Counted from the first letter of the stretch, positions 1 to 12,693 are shown. The stretch: DNA of 64,000 bases from Octopus sinensis (GCF_006345805.1 NC_043013.1:3534001-3598000), one strand, 5' to 3'. The notes: a model not told the origin generated them from the letters alone. Numbers and translations: made by a program.

Positions 1-1606
1 GTGTTCACAGGTTGCGTTTGTTCTTTTGAACATGCTCACCCGTGACGTTCTTTTCTTTATACATATTTCGCGCCCATCCTCAGAATTCCTCCACTTGCTC
101 TTGGAGCTACATTGATTTCTATTTTATTTTTACGTAGTTCTTGATAAAATTCGTTTTGGGTTAGAATCGAACTGTTTCTTTAGTTCAAAAAACCGTTATC
201 GTTTTTCCTAACGACAAGTTCTTTGCCATTATGGAGAGATATCTTATTTCGGACGTTCTTTGATTGCGAGTTCGAGTTTCCTTTTCCTTTTTTTTCCTTT
301 CCTTTCTTACCATTTGTGTTCAGTATTGATATTATTTAGAAATGAGGCATCTTTCTTTCATTTTCCATTTTTTTACGGGTTTGTTTTCCATGCTGTTTGG
401 GTTTTGATATCTCAATATAAGTAAATTCGATGGCGTATTCCCTTTCCTTTGTTATTTCTGTGCCTGTTGCTGCGTAACGAGTACTCAGACACACAACCGG
501 TCAAAACTGATTCGAAATGGTGAGAAATCAGATGAGAAAATGCATTGAAACAAAGAAAATAAAAACTCGAAGCAAAAGCAATGGATTTTCTGTAAAAATG
601 ATACGCAAAGCATGTCAGGAGCGATGGAAAATGGAAGAGTTATGTAAAAGTTTTATGAAATTTATGTAAAAATAGTGTAAAGATAAACATTCGAAACCTG
701 GCAGTCGAAAAAACTTAAGAATTCAGAGTAAATACAAGAAAATTCCAATATATTCCTAGAAATATTATTAACAGTCTTTATAAGAAGGAAGTATTAATGT
801 ATGTTACCTGTTTAGTGGAAGAGACATCGGAACTCAAAACGTCGAAGAATGCCTGCAGCAGTTCAATAAGTTAGGTTAAAACCAATTTGTTCTCAAATAG
901 ATTAAAATACTTCTCGCTGCAACACAACAGACATTTGGGGGGGATTATGGTGATAGTTACATCTCTGCGAGTTTGTTCTTTCCAAAATTGACCAGTAGAT
1001 CTCGAAAGGAGCCGAAACAGATCCTTTCAATAGCCAAAGGTATTTGGACAGACTCGTTCAGGATACGTGAAATGTGGGGAAGCGTTTCGCGAAGTTTTTC
1101 AACCTTAATAAAATTCTATATTTAACTCTTGATTCCTATTTTCTCTTCCTCTTCTGCACGCACGAATGTGTGTGGTGTGTGTGTGTGTGTGTGTGTGTGT
1201 GTTGTGTGGTCTGTGTCTGTCTGTGTATCTGTGTGTGTGTGTGTGTGTGTGTACATGCATACATTTGTGTATGTACACGCATACATTTCTATATTGTTAG
1301 GTGTCTGTTTAAAAAGCTGGAGGAACCACAATTTAAGGTTTAGCACTCATTAACATATAGGGGTCTGAACTATTTATTTAGATTATGGCACTTACAAGAC
1401 TGTTCGTGTTTCTTTTGATTTCAAACTCATCACAGTGCAAATGTGATGCTGATGCCAGTCGGGCTTTGCAAACGTGTGCGATGTAATGCAATAAGGGGCA
1501 GATGGTGTATAGGGTTTCAATATTAGCTGTTGGTCAGTATATTATGAAATACTTAAATGTATGGAGGAAGGGTGGTGGCCAATAAATCAAAATAAGCCAT
1601 TGAAAG

Positions 1607-1637
<31 letters not shown>

Positions 1638-2367
1638 TGTAAGTGTGTGTGTGTGCAACCGAACCCCGTTGCTGTCTTGGCCGACAAGGGGACGACTTTA
1701 CATCTAGCATGGGCCGCCTAAGGTGCAGGTCACTGACTACATGTTTCCAACCCGTCAGGTCTGCATGCTTCGCCACCTTCCCATCGCCGCAGGACTTCCG
1801 AATAAAGATATATATAAATATATTCGGTTGCCATAATAAAACTCCGAGTTTTGGATGGCGGGGCGGAAACCCGTTCCGGTATCTCTTCAGTTATCGAGGC
1901 AATTAAAATATGCTATGAAAATGACCGTTAAACAAAGGGGAATTACTATGTAATTGACCGTTATTAAGACGAGAGAGCTATTAGAATGACCGTTAAATAA
2001 AGGAAAAAACCGAAGGGGAGGAAGTAAAAAGTAAAGGAGTAAAAATGCTCATAGCAATCGCGTATACGCGCATGTACATACATACACATGCGCGCACGCA
2101 CACACACGTACATGTGCCTATATGCATATACTTACTCACACTCACATGAAACACATACATGCGCACCCACACATATGCCAATCAAAGCACATATATATAC
2201 AACAATGCATGTACACGTATACATATCAGCGCGCGTGCACCCACACGTGCATATACCCATACGCGCACAGTTATATTCAAATACACGTCTAAAAATACGC
2301 ACATGCATGTACACCCAGATATATATGCAACCATACCTATGTTCGATTCCGGGCAGTGACCTGAATA

Positions 2368-2423
<56 letters not shown>

Positions 2424-2472
2424 TAATAAATAACAATAATAACAACAACAACAACATCGAAAAGTACCTTAG

Positions 2473-2600
2473 GAATGAGAACCCAGGTTCGAAATTTCTC
2501 CAAGCCACCTGATGAAGGCTGGAGGGTATATCAGCCGAAACGTTGTGTGAACAACAAACAAGATGAGGACAAATATCCGTCAAATGTAAACAATGTAAAC
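2473..2600 (+). mobile_element. PLE-type terminal repeat with hammerhead-like core
   Basis: CTGATGA-A-GGCTG(loop)CAGCC-GAAAC-GTT at 2509-2544; motif typical of PLE termini. Confidence 0.55.
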
Positions 2601-3047
2601 GAGTACAATGTGTTGCATGGTCGAGCGAGCGATCTACCAGCGCAAATCAGTGAACGTTGTTGACTGTATTTTACATAAAGCTATTGCTTTATAAGTTTAT
2701 TCAGAGTTGTTTTTCTAAAGTATATCCCATTGATAAGAGCCAAGAAACTTGAGACATCAATAGATGGCAACACTGAATAAAAAGAACACACCCTTTTACC
2801 ATTACGGTAACTGCAGTTAATTTGCCTTTTAGTAGTTGAAATATGTCACAAATATATTTTAACTAACTTAAATCATATATAAGTTAGGTGTTAGTATATC
2901 TGGTTGGTAAAAAGCATTATACCAACTGAATAACCGTTTTTTCAACCAGTCTCTAACCTCTGACCTCACCCTCACTATAAAAGATCTCATTACTTCCTCC
3001 TGCCTCTCTTTTACTGACACTAGCCATATCATCCGTACCTCCTCTGT

Positions 3048-3445
3048 GAGTGGAGGCGCAATGGCCCAGTGGTTAGGGCAGCGGACTCGCGGTCATAGGA
3101 TCGCGGTTTCGATTCCCAGACCCGGCGTTGTGAGTGTTTATTGAGCGAAAACACCTAAAAAGCTCCACGAGGGCGCTGCAAGGGGATGGTGGTGACCCTG
3201 CTTGTACTCTTTCACCACACACTTTCTCTCACTCTTACTTCCTGTTTCTGTTGGTACCTGTATTTCAAAGGGCCGGCCTTGTCAACTTGCTCTGTGTCAC
3301 GCTGAATATCCCCGAGAACTACGTTAAGGGTACACATGTCTGTGGAGTGCTCAGCCACTTACACGTTAATTTCACGAGCAGGCTGTTCCGTTGATTCGGA
3401 TCAACCGGAACCCTCATCGTCGTAACCGACGGAGTGCTTCCATCC
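3048..3445 (+). mobile_element. tRNA-derived SINE (family C) with 11-bp TSD
   Basis: A box TGGCCCAGTGG and B box GGTTTCGATTCC; TSD acctcctctgt at 3037-3047 and 3446-3456. Confidence 0.85.
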
Positions 3446-3673
3446 ACCTCCTCTGTACTAACGTCTAAATGTTTTCCCTAAATTTATAAACCTAACAACT
3501 CTGGTCGCCCCTTCGTTTCCTCTTGCAATTGCTCCACTTCACTCGTTTCAAACACCTCTATAGGATTCTCCAGCCGTCCTTCCGACATTCATGAAATCAA
3601 TCAAGTTCTTTACCTCCTTAACTCTCTTCTCCTTTCCTTTCCCCTTTGCTCTACTTCACTCTGTACAAGTATC

Positions 3674-3901
3674 TGTTTCTTTATTACCCACAAGGGGCTA
3701 AACATAGAGGGGACAAACAAGGACAGACAAAGGGATTAAGTCGATTACATCAACCCCAGTGCGTAACTGGTACTTAATTTATCGACCCCGGAAGGATGAA
3801 AGGCAAAGTCGACCTCGGCGGAATTTGAACTCAGACCGTAACGGCAGACGAAATACGGCTACGCATTTCGCTCGGCGTGCTAACGTTTCTGCCAGCTCGC
3901 C
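3674..3901 (-). mobile_element. tRNA-derived SINE (family B, Nin-like central domain) with 8-bp TSD
   Basis: Reverse complement of the element at 10002-10239; B box GAGTTCAAATTCC; TSD caagtatc at 3666-3673 and 3902-3909. Confidence 0.88.
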
Positions 3902-4942
3902 CAAGTATCATTCCATACGATGACGGTCTTCTCGTCCTCAACTACTTCCAACACCGCATTCCCCAGTCTCCAACCCAGCATCCCCCACTTTCTTCTGCTT
4001 TACTCAGCTTCTCTTTCCTCTGAATTGTTTCTCTTTCTACGGAGAATTTTACCAACAAAGTTTAGTAGCTATGAGAACTAGGTTGTTAGTTACGCTGAAG
4101 CCCAAATCTTCGCCCATTTCCCTGGTCCCACTCCAGAACTGCATGATAAGTATATCAATCATTGTATCGACGCCACTCCTCTCCCTCGCGCCCAGCTCAC
4201 CCCTTCATCACTTTATCGATGCTTTCTACCTCCTCTTCTGTCAACTTTGTCCACACCTCTGTCACCACTGATTACCTAAACTTTTCTCCCTTTTTGAGTC
4301 CATTTTCAGTAAACCAACTGACTCCCACACTTACCTCACCTACGCCTCTTCCTATTTCAACCACCCCAAATCTTCTGTCCCTTACTAACAATTTCTATGC
4401 TTTTTCAGCCATAACAACAATTTTGCAATCCAGTTTCGATTTGTGTGTCGTGATTACCCTCAGACTATTACTAGCAACACCCGCATCCCAGCCTACAGTG
4501 TTGATCGCATCCTTGCCCTCATGCCCTGCACCTATTCGATTCAATTTACCTTTCTCCCTCGCCTTCCAACCTAATATCTTATTTCTTCATTTAGACCCCA
4601 CCACGTATATTCCATAAACGACCGCTTCTCTCCGTCAAACGAACCACTAAATTGCGTGACCCTTTTATTCCGTTGCTCCTCAACCCTTCCTAATACCAAT
4701 CCCTGCTCTCCAGTCCAGTGTATAACATATGCCCAGACATCCTCAACCCTACTCACTCTCATTGACCCTAACCAGTTTTCCTTCCTTATCAAGGACCGTT
4801 TCATCAGTTCCCACCAGATATGTCATAAGCTGCCTTAAGAATCATTTTTGTGGTTTCTTATACACTAAAGATTAGCAGATCATATCATGGAACATCTAAG
4901 TGATTTGCACCGCGATGTGATAATGTATTATATAGATATATA

Positions 4943-5451
4943 GGCGCAGGAGTGGCTGTGTGGTAAGTAGCTTGCTTACGAACTACATGGTTCCGGGTTC
5001 AACCCACTGCGTAGCACCTTGGGCAAGGGTCTTCTACTATAGCCTCGGGCTGACCAAAGCCCTGTGAGTGGATTTAGTAGACGGAAACTGAAAGAAGCCC
5101 GTCGTACGTATATATATATATATATATATATATAAGATATATATATATACACACACATACTATATATATATATTATTATAATATACTATATATATATATA
5201 TATATTATATATATCTGTATGTATGTATGTGTGTAGTTTGTGTGTGTGTTTGTCGCCCCAACATCGCTTAACAACCGATGCTGGTGTGTTTACGTCCCCG
5301 TAACTTAGCGGTTCGGCAAAAGAGACCGATAGAATAAGTACTAGGCTTACAAAGAATAAGCCCTGGGGTCGATGTGCTCGACTAAAGGCGGTGCTCCAGC
5401 ATGGCCGCAGTCAAATGACTGAAACAAGTAAAAGAGTAAAAGTGTAAAAGA
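4943..5451 (+). mobile_element. tRNA-derived SINE (family A) with expanded central (TA)n(TG)n
   Basis: Head GGCGCAGGAGTGGCTGTGTGGTAAGTAGC with B box GGTTCAACCC; tail GAAACAAGTAAAAGAG; more than 10 homologous copies in the window. Confidence 0.9.
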
Positions 5452-6486
5452 ATATATATGTACATACACACATACATAATTTTCATAAATAGCTGCTGTT
5501 TTACTAGAGTGACTCGCAGTTTCACATTTAGATTTCTCAGACAATAGTAACATGAAATAGAACCATCTATCCACCAATATTGTGGAAAATATTAGCATTC
5601 TTTTGTCCACCACCTCATACGACGAACATTCTTTCAACAATGTTGTAGATCGTTGTAATAATACCTTGAACGATAGCGGTTTTAAAGAGAATATTTATTA
5701 CCTACCATATAAATCATATCAGAAAAATCTTAGTAACGTGTAACGACACTCCTTTTAATTTGAATGTATACACCAATATAAACCAAAAGCTTTCCGAATT
5801 TGAAAGAGCAACATTTTCCTAAAACACATGCCTACAAAATACCTTCAACAAAAATCATAAAGAAGCATGCTGTTTCTACCGCTGAAAATCTCACCACATC
5901 TATATCTAACATTTAACAATAAAGAAAAGACTTATAAATTAGGCAGTTTCTAACTTCACTACAAAACGTAATTACGTCGATACAATAAATTCTTTTTAAA
6001 TGGAAATTGTTAAGCTAGCTTCAACGCAGTAGGATCAAGCGAAATGTGAAAATTCAAGTCATTACGGTTAAGTTTCTGCTATTTGTCATAAATTATTGCA
6101 CTCTTGTATTGAAAAATGTTCTCACATTTATATATACACTAACATGTATTCGTATTCTATATATGCATACAAATATATTTTGCTCGTTTAACATGCTCCA
6201 ACAAACACGTTCAAATATATACGCATATCCATATGTGTCTCTACGTATTCGTGTGTCTTTATATGTCCGTGCACACGTATGTATGCAGATGTATGATGTA
6301 TGTGGATGTATGTGTGTGTGTGTGTGTGTATGCATGTGGGTGCATGAATGTGTATATGTATGTGTGCGTGTGCTTGGTGATAATGCTATCGAATAAAAAA
6401 TAATTTGATAAAATATTAATGATGGCAAGAAATTATGCTAATATAGAAAAATGTAGTAGAAATATGGTAGAAAAAGGAGTTGGTGT

Positions 6487-6571
6487 CGTTCTTGCTGCTA
6501 CTGCTGCTACTGCTGCTACTGCTACTGAATGATGATGGTGATGATGATGATGATGATGATGATAATGATGA

Positions 6572-6605
<34 letters not shown>

Positions 6606-6758
6606 GGTGTGGGGTGGCGGGGTGGTGGCGGGCGGTGGTGGGGTGTTGGGTGGTGGTGTGGTGTTGGTGGTGGTGGTGGTATGATGATGATGATGATGAT
6701 GATGATGACGACGATGATGATCTCATTATTGTTGTTGTTGTTGTTGTTGTTGTTGTTT
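6487..6758. repeat. Compound trinucleotide microsatellite (GCT/GAT/GGT/GTT)
   Basis: Directly visible. Confidence 0.9.
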
Positions 6759-7479
6759 CAACCTCAGATCAGTCTTGGTTGAGACAAACCTATTATCAAA
6801 GACATTCGAGGTGATGGCCACATTACCCGTTCTTTCGGACGTACAACATCATTCAATATAAACCTCTTTATTATGATATTTTATCAACACTTTTCATTAA
6901 TGTTTTTTCCGCGTTTATTTTCCCGATATTCCATCATCTTTCTCATTTCTGGAGATGCTGACATAGTCAAAAACACCCAACAAAACATTCAATCCTAATC
7001 GAGAGAAAATAACTCAGGTCTTCCAGTTCGGCTCTAATGAGATGACCTTCACACTCGACCTGTGCAGAGATGACATTGGCGCATTACATAAAAGTGGAGT
7101 CATAGATGTTACTCCTACGACCGAAAGGTTTACACGACATTACAAATAGATACTATAACGATTCATTTCACACAGAAAGGTGAAACATCAAATAACATCC
7201 TTTTTATGCTTGTTTGTAGATTTTGTTTAGCTATAGCACATAGAAATATTCTATGATAGAGGTTTGCAGCGGGAAACATAAACATAAAAATTACGTTACA
7301 TGCAAATATGGCAGACGTTGTGGATTCAGAGTGAATCTGATCTTCGATTGGTTGCTCTTTGAACATTGAGGTAGCTTTGCATTCAGGGAATTGCATGAGC
7401 TAGCATGATGTGTGCATGTATAAAACCCTTTAATATTGTTGTCGGTGTTATATCGATGTCACCGTTCCTCGTTTATGTG

Positions 7480-7635
7480 ATTGTTGTTGTTGTTGTTGTT
7501 GTTGTTGCTGTTGCTTTTGCTGCTGTTGTTGTTGTTGTTGTTGTTCTTGCTGTTGCTTTTGCTGCTGCTGTTGTTGTTGTTGTTGTTCTTGCTGTTGCTT
7601 TTGCTGCTGCTGTTGTTGTTGTTGTTGTCGTCGTA
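7480..7635. repeat. (GTT/GCT)n microsatellite with higher-order repeat unit
   Basis: Directly visible; gctgttgcttttgctgct unit occurs three times. Confidence 0.85.
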
Positions 7636-8816
7636 GTTATCGTTTTTGTTGCCGCTGTCACTTTTGTTGTTCATGTCACTGTTGCTGCTATTTATTATAT
7701 TTTATATTATATTATATTATATTATCAATCTGGCAACATTTTAGGGTTTTATTTTATTCTATTTATTGCTGAAAATATTAAAAGTGAGGGATCGATAGAT
7801 GGCTATTCTTCGATCGAAAAAATCTCCATGAAAATTTAAATGGAAAGTAGGGAGCGGCTTTTGAAATGGGATGTAATGGCTGCCGTCGGCAAGGATCAAA
7901 AGGTTCGTTGTATTTCAGTCTATGGATGGAACCGTGGGGTTGGTGATGTGTTGTTGGCAGTGTAGCCTGAAGTATGGTCTCTCATCTATGTGTTTTTATG
8001 TGTTTGGATGCAATTATAAATAGAGTGTATGTTTGTGAGTGTGTAAATGCATGCATACGCGTATGACTGCTTATAACGTTATATGTGGATGTGCATGAAT
8101 ATAAATTTCGGAATATCCAAGTGTGTGTGTATTCCATAGGTCTATGTATTTATGTTTGTAATATTGTTTATAAGAGTGTATGGATGTGCATGATTAGTGT
8201 ATGCTGGTGTATGAATGTATAAGCATAACGTAAGTATGCTTGTTAGGCATGTCTTTGAATATGATGGCGTATGTGTATGTTTAGCACGTTCATGTCTACA
8301 TACATACATCTATATGTGTTGATATGTGTGGCATATATATATACATATATATACATATACATATATATATATTGATATATTATATATATATATTAATATA
8401 TTATATATATATAATATTATATTATATAATAATATATTATATTATAGATATATTATATATATAAATATATTATTATGAACAGTATGCATGTCTAGGAATA
8501 CATAGAAATGCATGCAGTATTCTGTGTCCGTGTGAACTGTGCCTGCACGCACGTGCGTGTGTGTGTGTGTGTGTGTGTGTGCTACATATACCTATATGCC
8601 CGCATGTATATCTGCATCCTTTCTGTTTTAAATGTATATATATGTATGCACATTCGTTATACATTTTACTCTGTGTGTACAAGTTGTGTATAAGTGAGTC
8701 TACATAAGTAAATATGCATATATATGAATATGTCGCTAATGATATATGTATATATATATACATATATATATATATGTATGTATGTATGTATGTATGCATG
8801 CATATATATATTTGCG

Positions 8817-8851
<35 letters not shown>

Positions 8852-9616
8852 TTGTGTGTGTATACACAAAATATTTGCATGCATACAGATGTAGATATAT
8901 ACACAAATACGTGTACATGCGTTTATATATTTATTGATGTATGTATGATTATATGTATTTATTATGGATTTGGGTGTATATGTATGTGTATATATGTGTG
9001 TGTGTGTACGTATGCACGCATGTGTATATGAATGTATGTAACTATTGTGTGTATATAGATATAGATATCATATATATATATATATATTATAATATTATAC
9101 AGACACACATACATGTGTGTGTGTTTGTGTTTGTATATGTGTATGTGTGTCGTATGTGTGTGTGCGTGCATGCGTGCGAGCGTGCGTACGTGCGTGCGTA
9201 CGTGCGTGTGTATATCTGTTAGTACACGAGTGCATGCGTTTATGTGTGCGCGCATTTTCGGTTCTTAATTTCGGCGTCGAATAAGATGGCTCCGCTGGCT
9301 TTAAAAGTTAATATATTCAACACGTAACGAACACGTGACTATGGTGATATGGCGAAAGATGAGGCACGGAGAGCGAGAGAGTCGGAGCTGAAGGAGTAAT
9401 TGCTAGAAATGGTGGTATAGATAGTAGTGTTGTTGTTTTAGTTTCGGGTGAAATAGAGAATGGTTATGATGGTAGGCAATGGTAGAGGTTGTGGTGGTGG
9501 GAAGCTCAAGATTGTCGTCGTCAGCATCAAAATGGTAATATCTGTTAATTGTAATGATGAGGTTGTTAATAGTAGTGTTGTTGATGATGATGGTGATGAT
9601 GATAATTTGCTGTCCA

Positions 9617-9750
9617 TTCTTCTCTTCTTCTTCTTCTTCTTCTTCTTCTCTTCTTCTTCTCTCTTCTTCTCTTCTTCTTCTTCTTCTTCTTCTTCTTCTT
9701 TCTTCTTCTTTCTTCTTTCTTCTTCTTCTCTTCTCTCCTCCTCCTCCGCC
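9617..9750. repeat. (CTT)n purine/pyrimidine tract
   Basis: Directly visible. Confidence 0.9.
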
Positions 9751-9836
9751 TCCTTCATCTCTTCCAATCAGGACTCACGCCATTAGCCACAAAGAACAAT
9801 CTCTAATCCGAACCTTACTCTAAGCTACTAGAATGC

Positions 9837-9936
9837 NNNNNNNNNNNNNNNNNNNNNNNNNNNNNNNNNNNNNNNNNNNNNNNNNNNNNNNNNNNNNNNN
9901 NNNNNNNNNNNNNNNNNNNNNNNNNNNNNNNNNNNN
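9837..9936. other. Assembly gap (100 N)
   Basis: Run of n. Confidence 1.
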
Positions 9937-10001
9937 TAGTAGTGGTGACAATGAAGGAGGCGGTAGTGGTTGTGTGATGATGATGGCACTTAGAGGGGGA
10001 T

Positions 10002-10239
10002 CTGGCACTTAGGTGGCGATCTGGCAGAAACGTTGGCACGCCGGGCGAAATGCCTATCGGTATTTCGTCTGCCGCTACGTTCTGAGTTCAAATTCCGCCG
10101 AGGTCCACTTTGCCTTTCATCCTTTCGGGGGTCGATAAATTAAGTACCAGTTACGCACTGGGGTTCGATATAATGGACTTAATCCGTTTGTCTGTCCTTG
10201 TTTGTCCCCTCTGTGTTTAGCCCCTTGTGGGTAGTAAAG
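10002..10239 (+). mobile_element. SINE family B with 14-bp TSD
   Basis: TSD acttagagggggat at 9988-10001 and 10240-10253; A/B boxes; central GTCCACTTTGCCTTTCATCCTTTCGGGG domain. Confidence 0.92.
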
Positions 10240-10253
10240 ACTTAGAGGGGGAT

Positions 10254-10289
10254 GGTGGTGGTGGTGGGGTGCTGCTGCTGCTGCTGCTG

Positions 10290-10329
<40 letters not shown>

Positions 10330-10421
10330 GATAGTGGTTGTGGAATGGTTTGCTGGCGGCGACGAATTCTGCTTCATAAACCCTCCGACGTCAACAAACC
10401 GCCAAGCGTCGAAGAGCATCC
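10254..10421 (-). other. Candidate coding exon of an unidentified gene or pseudogene
   Basis: Acceptor ctcttcatccag|GG followed by (G)MLFDAWRFVDVGGFMKQNSSPPANHSTT and poly-S/A/H; no recognisable family. Confidence 0.25.
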
Positions 10422-11980
10422 CTGGATGAAGAGGGCATACATGAGACAAATAACAATAAATGAGTCTGTGTTCGAACCAACTAGCTGCCGATATATATCA
10501 GATCTCACTTTGAAGAGTGTGCTTTTGCAATCTAGGAACAGGAAATAACACCCCAAATACCTGATCTACACAAGAAAATATAGATGTGAACACCGAGCTG
10601 TAAGAACGCATACAGTTTCCGTGGAATTAACAGCGAATGATTCACATCATAGGCAGCTTATCTCGAGTAGGATCTTCTTCATTAGTATTTTTGCCAAGAA
10701 GATCCGACTGGTTCTTATAAAGCGCATGTACTTGCGAATTTTTTTTTTATTTTGCCTTGGCTAAATTACTCTAAATTTTGTAGCTTGTGCTTATTTTGTG
10801 CAGCCCTGTTGCTGCAACAGACTGCTTCTTGTCATTCAAATTGTTGCTAGAGAGTATTTTTATCAACACCAACTCCATCAAAGGGCTTCTTTTTGGACAG
10901 AAGCGAATTAGCTACTTATGCTATGTAACGCATAACATACTTAACTAACATACAAAGGTGAGAGGCGCACATCATTAATGCTCCAGATGTGTGCTCTATA
11001 AACGGTGGTTGTCTATGTTTTTAACAAGAATATTAACTCGATATTTCAAAGACATCTTAGAATTCCTAAAATACAATACATAGTTTCATTGACTTTTTCC
11101 TTGATAAAATCCGCCAGTTGTCTGTTCGGGATTTCGTTCTGACACCTTCTCTGTTTAAGGTGTTATCGCATTGCTTTTTTCTGTTAACACCATGGAGTGA
11201 TCAGCAGATAGGTACAACTTATTTACACCGCTGTTAATCAGATCATCGATGAAGAATGAGAGCAACAGAAGAACTGGTGTATTGATGGGTGAGAGACCAG
11301 ATGATTGACTTACAGCTCCTTTGAAATCCGCGATTGTGACACATACATCTGACCTATGTCCAGGTAATTGTTCCGTGTCAAATGAGAAAATGTGTTGTAT
11401 TATAGCTTAGACGACGTTTTCTAAGCAATGCCTCCCCCCCCCACACTCCCGCAATTATTTAAGAACTATTGATTCAATTACATTACAGGTGACGTTGATA
11501 AAGAATAAATCTTAGGATTTTGAGGGATTAAATCTGCAGTTCGTCTTATGAATAGGAATTTCAAAAGTGATCTTTGACTAGTTTGGGAATACACAACAAG
11601 CGAAGCAAACGGACTGTCTTGAAGCGTACGGGGTCTATCTTGTTCTGTACAGCATTCCTTCTGGGCTCTAATTTGATGAAACCTTTATTAGGTTTGAGTT
11701 CTGCACTGTCTTAATTTCATTCTTTGCATTGAAAATAACCTCTAACGTTGTGTCAGAAAAGTGCGAAATCAATTAGTTGCTGGTTGACATTTTCTTTTGA
11801 TTCATTTCTGAAAAAAGCCAATCGAAAAACATTAGTTTTTGCCGCGGTGTGTTTAGCTGCACAACGAGAATGCGATTATAGTCTATTTTTCCAAGGAGAC
11901 TATACGAAGCTCCCCTCCTTCTTGCTGCTGGGGTTGTTGCTTATCAGATCTTTCCTTAGTCTAACATTATAATTAATTAC

Positions 11981-12161
11981 CTTTCTTTCTATCTGATAGT
12001 AGCTCTAACATGTTTTCGTAAACATCATTTGTTCTCGCGTTTAGTTTATTCTTAAATTGACACAAATAGGCGACTTCTTGAAACGAGGTTTTATCATCTG
12101 ACATTTTATTGATAATTTTGTTAGTGATGGTCTTCATCAATTAACATATAATAACTATCGC
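11981..12161 (-). other. Candidate exon of an unidentified gene or pseudogene
   Basis: Acceptor ttaattcag|, ATG at 12137, 52 open codons (MKTITNKIINKMSDDKTSFQEVAYLCQFKNKLNARTNDVYENMLELLSDRKK), strong donor AAG|gtaatt (phase 1). Confidence 0.25.
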
Positions 12162-12282
12162 CTGAATTAACATTTCTCTTTCTGTCAAAGACAACTGGCT
12201 GTCTCATATCCCAAAAGTTTTAAAGTCTTGTAGCGCCAAACCTCTTTCTTCCGGTCATTTCACTATGCTGAATCGTTAATCC

Positions 12283-12470
12283 CTACACATCTTTTTCTCT
12301 CTCGTTCTTCTCCCCCGCCCCCATCTCAAACCTTTCTGTCGAAGAGCGTAGGCTCGAAATGTCAAAAACTTTTCCATTCTTCCCGACCATCAAACTAATA
12401 CACCTGCTTGTTGTTCCTTCACTGTTTTTGTCTTGTTTTCTATAAATTTGAACTATATAATATACATCTT
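12283..12470 (+). mobile_element. PLE-type terminal repeat (GAGCGTAGGCTCGAAA family), solo diverged copy
   Basis: Homologous to 19745-19920, 61424-61585 and 61869-62004. Confidence 0.6.
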
Positions 12471-12658
12471 TCTTTCCTTCTCTGAGCGTCTCATTAATAC
12501 TACGTCCTCGCATTGTTGTTTTTTCTTGTCTTGTTTCAGTTATATATATATATATATATAGGGAGAGTTCACGAAAAAAACAAAAGACGAAGATAGGTAG
12601 TATAGAAAACTAACAGATGTAATAGTATAACGCTCAGGAATTGAAAAAGTATTTTACG

Positions 12659-12693
<35 letters not shown>

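Larger units (their letters stand above)
2890..4836 (+). mobile_element. Degraded Penelope-like retroelement (RT region), interrupted by two SINEs
   Basis: Frameshifted motifs: YKPNNSGRPFVSSCNC (PLE KIHK..PGRPIVS), SLCTSIPYDDGL (SLYT.IP), YQQ..VAM, PGPTPELHDKYINHC (RYIDD region). Boundaries approximate. Confidence 0.7.

Noticed and set aside
10252-10548. Plus-strand ORF with HPWMKR (Hox hexapeptide or kinase C-lobe look-alike)
   Set aside because: No homeodomain or kinase motifs nearby; a short chance match.
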